Origin: a virus
Reading direction: 5' to 3' (one strand)
Length of the DNA: 64,000 nucleotides
Virus record (IMG/VR): IMGVR_UViG_3300010370_000027
A program made the translations under genes and the position numbers. Position 1 is the stretch's first letter. Each line of letters opens with the position of its first letter. The notes beneath the pieces are model-generated. The model was not told the origin of the DNA. It saw only the letters and a list, made by a program, of their open reading frames with translations, and ran no database searches. Positions 58,601 through 64,000 of the stretch are shown in pieces.

Positions 58601-60884
58601 CTGTAACGTTTCCGTTCAATGTAGAAGCACCTGTAACGGTAAGGCCGCCGCCAACAGTTGAGTTACCTGAAGTGCTGAGGCTAAAGAACGATCCTGTCAC
58701 ACCCGTGAGGGTGTCGGTCGTCTTGTTGTAGGTGAGACCTGAATCTCCGCCGAACGAACCAGCATCGTTGAACTGTAGCTGTGTGTCTGAACCGCCAACG
58801 AGAGAACCGGCGTTCATTGAGGCTGCAATCGTAACTGCGCCCGAAGATCCAGTTGTGATCGTAACGTTTGCTCCTGCAATGAATGCGCTTGTTCCGTCAG
58901 TCAACTTGGTGTGAGAGCCGCTGAGGCCAGTGTTCGAAACGAGGAACACAGAAGATCCCGCACTGTTCTGAACATCAACAAGAGCACCTGTCTGTCCTGC
59001 AACACCCGCCTTGACGAGGAGGACCTTGTCAGAAGATGTTGAAGATCCAGAGACAAGAAGCTCTGTCGTGTTGGTTGGTGTGGTTCCAACTGCAACTCTT
59101 GATCCCGAAACAACGAGTGCATTGGCTCCATAGGCGCCAGCGATGACCCTGTTGTCAGAAGTAACTTCAAGAATTGGAAGTCCTGAAGCGTTGTTGACCG
59201 AGAGGAGAGATCCCGACATGCTGTCTGAGACAGAGAAGAGAGATCCTGATGAACCTACAACCTCAAGCTTTCCTGAAGGCTGCGTGGTTCCGATTCCGAG
59301 GCTTCCGCTGGCATTGTGCCAGAAGAGTCCGTTGGTACCGCTTAGTACGCCGCCCGTTCCAGCAAGAACGACTTGTCCTGCCGAGACGTTGCTGCTTGTT
59401 AGAGAACCGCTGATGTTTGCAACCTTGAGAAGGTTTGAGGCCTTCGTGAAGGTGAAGTTTGCATTTCCACCAAAGACGCTGCCGTCATTGAACTGAACCT
59501 GCGTGTCAGCTCCGCCAGCGTTTGCTGTAACAGTGATAGCACCGTTAGAGCCTGTGGTGACCGACATGTTGGTTCCAGCGATGATGTAGCTGGTTCCATC
59601 AGCGAGTTTCGTGTGAGAGCCGCTGATACCTGCATTTACCTTGACAGCACCCGTGAAGGTTGCGCCGCTGATTGTTGCAACAACTCCGTCGTTGATCGCA
59701 AGAGTAAGGCTGCCTGAGTTTCCGCCACCTGTGAGACCAGTTCCTGCAGTAATGTCAGTTATGTCTGCCTGAGTACTGATTGTGACAGCTCCGTTAGAGC
59801 CAGTTGCGATGGAGATGTTGTTACCTGCGATGAGGTAGCTTGTTCCGTCAGCGAGTTTCGTGAGAGAGCCGCTGAGACCCTGGTTGAAGGTTGCGCGACC
59901 ATTGACGGTAACCGTGTCAGCGGCTGCGTCACCGAGGGTGACGTTTCCGTTGAATGCAGCGGAACCTGTGACACCGAGAACTCCGCCAACCTGTGCATTA
60001 CCTGCAAAAGTTGTTGTAACTCCCGAGCCAACAAACGTTGTCGTACCGTTGACAGTGACTGTGTCTGACGAAGCGTCGCCGAGGGTGGTGTTACCGTTAA
60101 CTGCTGCATTACCAGCAAATGTTGTCGTAACTGATGTACCCGCGAACGTCGTTGTGCCGTTGACTGTGACTGTGTCAGCAGATGCGTCGCCGACTGTGAC
60201 GTTACCGTTGAGTGTAGAAGCTCCGGTAACCGTGAGTCCTCCACCAATTGTAGCATTGTCGGACGTGGAAACACGATAGAAAGATCCTGTCACGCCTGTG
60301 AGTGTGTCAGTTGTCTTGTTGTATGTGAGTCCAGCGTCACCGCCGAATGCGCTTCCACCGTCATTGAACTGGATCTGTGTGTCAGCTCCAGCAACGAGTG
60401 TGGATGCGTTCATCGTGCCGGCGATGGTGATCGAACCATTCGATCCTGTCGTGACGACGATGTTAGATCCTGCAACGAGGTAGCTCGAACCGTCCGTGAG
60501 CTTCGTAAGAGAACCGCTGAGACCGCCTGTCGCTGTGAGAGCTCCAACTGTCTGCAGTGTTCCTTGGACTACAGTGTTGCCTGTCGAAGAGGCAACAGTG
60601 AACTTGCTGTTACCTGAAGAGTCGCTAACAGTGACTCCTGTCGAACCTGCGTTGAACTGTGTGACTCCGCTTCCGTTCTTGAGTGAAACGCTTCCGGAAC
60701 CCACAATTGAGCCGCCGAAGAGTGTGTAGTCTCTGGTGGACGATCCAGAGACGAAGAACGTAACGTCACTCGGGATTGTCGGGAACAGGTTGTCCGGTCT
60801 GTTCGCGATCACTACTGATCCAGTAATTCCTACGGCGGAATTAGACTGAATACTGCCTGATATGCTACTTAATACTAACGCCAT
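55602..60884 (-). CDS. Long repeat-built fibre protein (1760 aa)
   Basis: Repeated modules SGSLTKLxDGxSYLxAGxNxxxxTGSNG, DTQIQFNDGGxFGGDSGLTYNKTTDTLT, GNVTLGDAxxDTVTVNGTTTFAG; C-terminal RWANIYTGDLHL domain. Confidence 0.8.
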   Translation of the reverse strand: MALVLSSISGSIQSNSAVGITGSVVIANRPDNLFPTIPSDVTFFVSGSSTRDYTLFGGSIVGSGSVSLKNGSGVTQFNAGSTGVTVSDSSGNSKFTVASSTGNTVVQGTLQTVGALTATGGLSGSLTKLTDGSSYLVAGSNIVVTTGSNGSITIAGTMNASTLVAGADTQIQFNDGGSAFGGDAGLTYNKTTDTLTGVTGSFYRVSTSDNATIGGGLTVTGASTLNGNVTVGDASADTVTVNGTTTFAGTSVTTTFAGNAAVNGNTTLGDASSDTVTVNGTTTFVGSGVTTTFAGNAQVGGVLGVTGSAAFNGNVTLGDAAADTVTVNGRATFNQGLSGSLTKLADGTSYLIAGNNISIATGSNGAVTISTQADITDITAGTGLTGGGNSGSLTLAINDGVVATISGATFTGAVKVNAGISGSHTKLADGTSYIIAGTNMSVTTGSNGAITVTANAGGADTQVQFNDGSVFGGNANFTFTKASNLLKVANISGSLTSSNVSAGQVVLAGTGGVLSGTNGLFWHNASGSLGIGTTQPSGKLEVVGSSGSLFSVSDSMSGSLLSVNNASGLPILEVTSDNRVIAGAYGANALVVSGSRVAVGTTPTNTTELLVSGSSTSSDKVLLVKAGVAGQTGALVDVQNSAGSSVFLVSNTGLSGSHTKLTDGTSAFIAGANVTITTGSSGAVTIAASMNAGSLVGGSDTQLQFNDAGSFGGDSGLTYNKTTDTLTGVTGSFFSLSTSGNSTVGGGLTVTGASTLNGNVTVGDASADTVTVNGTTTFAGAAVTTTFAGNATVNGNTTLGDASSDTVTVNGTTTFAGSGVTTTFAGNSQVGGVLGVTGSAGFNGNVTLGDASADTVTVNGTTTFAGAGVTTTFAGDVAVNGGDMTSSATTFNLLNSTVTTLNVGGAATAMTLGATSGTTTVKNSLTVSGSTILGDASSDTVTVNGSATFNQGLSGSLTKLSDGSSYLVAGNNISIVTGSNGSVTISTQADITSVSAGTGLTGGGTSGDLTLGINDGVVATVSGTTFTGAVKFNAGLSGSLTKLTDGTSAFIAGNNVSVTTGSNGAITISASMNAGSLVGGADTQIQFNDGGAFGGDSGLTYNKTTDTLTIAGDVAVNGGDMTSSATTFNLLNSTVTTLNLGGAATAIALGASTGTTTVNNSLAVNGSATLGDAAADTVTVNGTTTFAGSSVTTTFAGNSQVGGTLGVTGSAGFNGNVTLGDASSDTVTVNGTTTFAGAGVTTTFAGNSQVGGVLGVTGSAGFNGNVTLGDAAADIITVNGRATFNQGLSGSLTKLSDGSSYLIAGSNISIVTGSNGSVTISTQADITDVTAGNGLTGGGSSGSVSLAINDGVVATVSGTTFTGAVKFNAGLSGSLTKLTDGSSAFVAGNNVTITTGSNGSVTIAASMNAAALVAGVDTQIQFNDGGAFGADSGLTYNKTTDTLTGVTGSFYRLSTSDNATVGGGLTVTGAATLNGNVTVGDASADTVTVNGTTTFAGSGVTTTFAGNSQVGGALGVTGSAGFNGNVTLGDASADTVTVNGTTTFAGASVTTTFAGNATVNGNTTLGDASSDTVTVNGTTTFAGSSVTTTFAGNSQVGGVLGVTGSAGFNGNVTLGDASADTVTVNGTTTFAGASVTTTFAGNSQVGGVFGVTGSAGFNGNVTLGDASSDTVTFTSRVNSNILPSADVTYSLGSSTNRWANIYTGDLHLKNERGDYTLIEEEDFLTIRFNKTGKRYKFMLEAVPELDEEIGNFSNGPKPSV
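57481..58259. repeat. Identical 68-bp direct repeats inside the fibre gene (57481-57548 and 58192-58259)
   Basis: ACAGTCGAGTTGAGGAGGTTGAACGTC...CCGTTAACTGCTACGTC read at both positions. Confidence 0.85.
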
Positions 60885-60957
60885 GATGCATTTCTCCTAG
60901 GAAAGAGGCTTGCGCTAATTATTAAGCATCGAGATGTTTGTGAATTTAAAGACGATC

Positions 60958-61797
60958 TTAAAGATCAGGTCTCGGGCCTGTCGAGAACTTGCCCATCTCC
61001 TCGTCAAGTTCTGGCATGGGGGTCATATTTATTTTGTATCTCTTACCCGTCTTGTTGTTTCTAACAGTGAGGCAGTCGTCCTCTTCGATAATGGTCCAGT
61101 CGCCGCGCTCGTTCCTGAGGTGTAAGTCACCCGTGTAGATGTTCGACCATCTCTTAGTGACTGAACCGAGAGAATAAGACACGTCGCTACCTGGTAAAAG
61201 CGATCCAGTAACAGACATCGTTCCATTGACAGCAAGCTTGTCAGATGTCGCTGTTGTGCCTATTCCTACATTACCACTACCAGAGACAAAAAGAAGGCAA
61301 TTACCTGAGCTGTTCTGGATGTCTAGGACGGGTGCTCCTGCAGAAGGATTACCGGGTCTCAACGTGAGTGTCGATTGATTGATACTCGCTGATCCAGAGA
61401 CGAAAAGTCTCGCCGAGAACGAAGTGGTTCCTATTCCTATTCCTGAACCGTTGTCGTAGACCTCGCTGTCCCCGAGCGAAGTAGAAGAAGTGTACTTTGA
61501 AAGGTAATTTAAAGTTCCTTGACCGAAAAGAGTACCAGACTCTGAGTTAGAGGATATTGTCACCGCTCCCGTAGATCCAGTAGTAATCGTAATGTTGCTA
61601 CCGGCAACGAGATACGGTGATCCATCAGACAGTTTCGTCAGAGAGCCGGAGAATGCCGTAGCATAGACGTTGTTCCACTTCTTTGTAAGAGAACCAAAAT
61701 CATACGACGAGTCTATTCCCGGTGTCAAGGAACCGGTTATGGCAGCTGACCCTGTTATCGTCGTTATTCCAACTAAGCTTGGTGAATCTATTCTCAT
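60958..61797 (-). CDS. Short fibre protein
   Basis: Same SGSLTKLSDG module and RWSNIYTGDLHLRNERGDW C-terminal domain as the 1760-aa fibre. Confidence 0.72.
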   Translation of the reverse strand: MRIDSPSLVGITTITGSAAITGSLTPGIDSSYDFGSLTKKWNNVYATAFSGSLTKLSDGSPYLVAGSNITITTGSTGAVTISSNSESGTLFGQGTLNYLSKYTSSTSLGDSEVYDNGSGIGIGTTSFSARLFVSGSASINQSTLTLRPGNPSAGAPVLDIQNSSGNCLLFVSGSGNVGIGTTATSDKLAVNGTMSVTGSLLPGSDVSYSLGSVTKRWSNIYTGDLHLRNERGDWTIIEEDDCLTVRNNKTGKRYKINMTPMPELDEEMGKFSTGPRPDL

Positions 61798-61922
61798 TTC
61801 AGATTTTGGAGATAATGTACACCACGCAAGAGATGAATAAACGTGACAAACATTAGTCTTAAGGAGCCTTAAGTAATTCTACTACGGTTCCCTGTGACTG
61901 TTATTTATAAAATACCGAAAAT

Positions 61923-62162
61923 TTATGAAAGAGAATTTACAATTTGTGAAAGAGAAGCGATGTCTTCCGCATCGTCAATTTGAATTTGCAACATCGCATA
62001 TCGCTCCCTAATTTCTTGACGAGCATTTTCAGCCTGAGAAAAAGCAAGACCGGGTATCTGCTTTGAAATTATTTCATCGTAAGGAGAGAATTCCGCTGCC
62101 CTCGAAGCTCGTCTTTTATTGTGAGCTATTTCCTTTGCCTTATCAATATTAATTTTTATCAT
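61923..62162 (-). CDS. Probable fibre assembly protein
   Basis: INIDKAKEIAH..RR..R..EF pattern typical of genes after phage fibre genes. Confidence 0.6.
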   Translation of the reverse strand: MIKINIDKAKEIAHNKRRASRAAEFSPYDEIISKQIPGLAFSQAENARQEIRERYAMLQIQIDDAEDIASLSQIVNSLS

Positions 62163-62410
62163 GAATTATTCTCAAAATCAGATGAGCTGCCTCCGATGCC
62201 ATCAGTCAATATCCCGGGATCTATTTCCCACGCAGATCTAAAAGTTCTATCTTCGGGAACGTCGGCGGCATCTATGATCTTAAAAGGCTTGCCAGCTGGT
62301 ACGTCTTTTAAAGCGATGTTGATTATCCCATAAGCGGAAAGAGCTTCAGGAGACGGCACTATAATAGCAACGCCGCCGTCTTCAGTCTGATAGACTATCC
62401 TTAGACTCAT
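62159..62410 (-). CDS. Probable fibre assembly protein
   Basis: RIVYQTEDGGVAIIVP...KDVPAGKPFKII....PEDRTFRSAW; GGAG SD. Confidence 0.65.
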   Translation of the reverse strand: MSLRIVYQTEDGGVAIIVPSPEALSAYGIINIALKDVPAGKPFKIIDAADVPEDRTFRSAWEIDPGILTDGIGGSSSDFENNS

Positions 62411-62430
62411 GCCATCTCCTGAATCAAATC

Positions 62431-64000
62431 TTACCTAAAAATTGTAGCATTAACATTTGAAGCATCAGCAGCGGTAAATCCGCTGGTTAATGTTGATACT
62501 CTAAATAGGCTAGACGTTCTGGGGGTGACATCATCTCTAGATTTTATAATATCGACACCACTTGTACCACCAACAGAAAGAGATACAGTGTAGTTTTCGT
62601 CAGGCATGGGAGAAGAAAAATTCACAATGTAGTCTCCCGTTCCGTTGTCAGTTATACTAGAGACGTTCTGGCTAGCTCTGATGGATATCGTGCCCGTTCC
62701 ATTAAAGTTTACCCAGGCACGAGCACCGTAGTACGGTGCCGATCCTGCCGTGGGTGTAATATTCCCCAACGTAGAAGCGCCTGATCCCCCAGCTACTGGG
62801 CCGCCTACTGCGATGTATCCAGACGTAGGGATGGAAAATGTAATGCTTGCTTGCGTAGAAGAAGTCGCTGTCGCGGACTTCGGTATCATCTTGTTGAAAG
62901 AGGTGTCAAAAACCTCGATGTCATAGAGGCTTAGCCCGATGTCGTGATTTACGGTGACGGAAGTTGCATCCGAGAACGAAGCAGTTGCATAAGTGATCGC
63001 TCCAAGTGATATTGTGACGGAACCGTTAGATCCTGTGAGGACAACTATTCCATCACCCGCTCTTAGATAAGAAGATCCGTCTGTAAGATTGGTGAGCGAG
63101 CCAGAGAGACCAGCAGAATGCTTTGTAACACCTGTAAAAGTTGTTCCACTCACAGTAGCCACGACTGAGTCGTTTACTGAGAGCGTGACATTACCAGATG
63201 TTCCTCCGCCAAGTAGACCGTTACCTGCGTTTACTGAAGTAATGTCCCCCACAGTACCGTCATTGGTGATAACAACAGATCCATTAGAGCCTGTAGCAAT
63301 ACTGATTCCTGGTCCGGCAACGAGATAGGAGGATCCATCAGTAAGTCTGGTCAGGGAGCCACTGAATCCTGTAGAAGCAACAACATAAGTTCCGGTGACA
63401 GCTTGCGTGTTTTTGTTGTACGAGAGACCTGGGCTGGCGCCAAACTCTCCGCCATCATTAAACTGTATTTGCCTGTCAGATCCTGCGATAACTGCGGCAC
63501 CATTCATAGAAGAAGAAATGGTGATGGAACCGTTAGAGCCCGTAGTTATTCCGATGTTGTTTCCTGCAACAAGATAAGACTTGCCATCTGAAAGCTTCGT
63601 TAAAGAACCGCTGAATCCAGTTGTGGCAACAATTGTCTGAGAAGTTACGTTGGACGAGAAAGATCCGAAAGAAGCAGAGAGTATTCCCACATGGTCTATG
63701 GATGCAACTGTATTTCCGCTGTAATTTCGTACATCAACGACTTTTGCTGTAGGCGATGTAACACCAGCTTGCAAAATTGCGACGGGAGTGGATGCTGAGG
63801 AAGTACCAACAAGGTGAAATCTAGCAGACGGAGAAGCGGTTCCTATCCCGACAAGTGAACCTGTCACTGTAAGCGTGTTAGAGCTAAATCCTCCACCTAG
63901 AATGACCCTGTTGTCCGAGAAGACCTCGAAGATCGGGATTCCGTTGACGCCACATATTGAAATCAGTGATCCGCTTAAGTTGTCTGTGACGGAGAAGAGA
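62431..64000 (-). CDS. Tail fibre protein, 5'-partial
   Basis: Frame stays open past 63867 to the window edge (LFSVTDNLSGSL...PIFEVFSDNRVI); C-terminal ARAWVNFNGTGT..IRASQNVSSITDNGTGDY domain. Confidence 0.78.
   Translation of the reverse strand, partial: LFSVTDNLSGSLISICGVNGIPIFEVFSDNRVILGGGFSSNTLTVTGSLVGIGTASPSARFHLVGTSSASTPVAILQAGVTSPTAKVVDVRNYSGNTVASIDHVGILSASFGSFSSNVTSQTIVATTGFSGSLTKLSDGKSYLVAGNNIGITTGSNGSITISSSMNGAAVIAGSDRQIQFNDGGEFGASPGLSYNKNTQAVTGTYVVASTGFSGSLTRLTDGSSYLVAGPGISIATGSNGSVVITNDGTVGDITSVNAGNGLLGGGTSGNVTLSVNDSVVATVSGTTFTGVTKHSAGLSGSLTNLTDGSSYLRAGDGIVVLTGSNGSVTISLGAITYATASFSDATSVTVNHDIGLSLYDIEVFDTSFNKMIPKSATATSSTQASITFSIPTSGYIAVGGPVAGGSGASTLGNITPTAGSAPYYGARAWVNFNGTGTISIRASQNVSSITDNGTGDYIVNFSSPMPDENYTVSLSVGGTSGVDIIKSRDDVTPRTSSLFRVSTLTSGFTAADASNVNATIFR

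Noticed and set aside
55960-60729. Long plus-strand ORFs opposite the fibre gene
   Set aside because: Antisense shadows of repetitive Gly/Thr/Val coding sequence.
55602-60884. Periodic repeats as a possible CRISPR array
   Set aside because: They are in-frame coding repeats with wobble variation and no unique spacers; no cas genes.
1-64000. Alternative genetic code, tRNA genes
   Set aside because: Standard code gives dense full-length genes using TAA, TAG and TGA stops; no cloverleaf was noticed in the short intergenic gaps (tRNAscan not run).

Overview
A 64-kb segment of a large lytic myovirus (jumbo/T4-superfamily-like dsDNA bacteriophage), mostly coded on the minus strand. From left to right: (1) 1-9.5 kb, small acidic proteins sharing an N-terminal 'MKxTxxxLxxIIxEE' leader (probable internal head proteins, including a Dps), plus HNH nuclease, S66 LD-carboxypeptidase, DNA methyltransferase, Hsp20, Tmk and ThyX. 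(2) 9.5-21 kb, replication and nucleotide metabolism: NrdJ, DnaB/gp41 helicase, 5'-3' exonuclease, an actin-fold ATPase with a membrane-anchored neighbour, dUTPase, RecA/UvsX, gp32-like SSB, HD hydrolase and a short family A polymerase. (3) 21-51 kb, contractile tail module: baseplate, tape measure, chaperones, tube, two tandem sheath genes and neck proteins, interrupted by a plus-strand island of Gly-rich/LamG proteins and two homing-endonuclease-like genes. (4) 52-64 kb, LamG proteins, a patatin and repeat-built fibre genes. The most notable signals are: a volactin-like actin plus membrane partner (candidate phage cytoskeletal system); a late-promoter motif (ATANTTA) co-occurring with capsid-targeting-like leaders; frequent apparently leaderless genes; a candidate +1 frameshift in the tail chaperone; an SD-occluding hairpin before hsp20; and a shared docking peptide on interchangeable accessory virion proteins. 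No tRNA, rRNA, CRISPR array, integrase or reverse transcriptase was seen. Family assignments come from motif recognition only; no searches were run.
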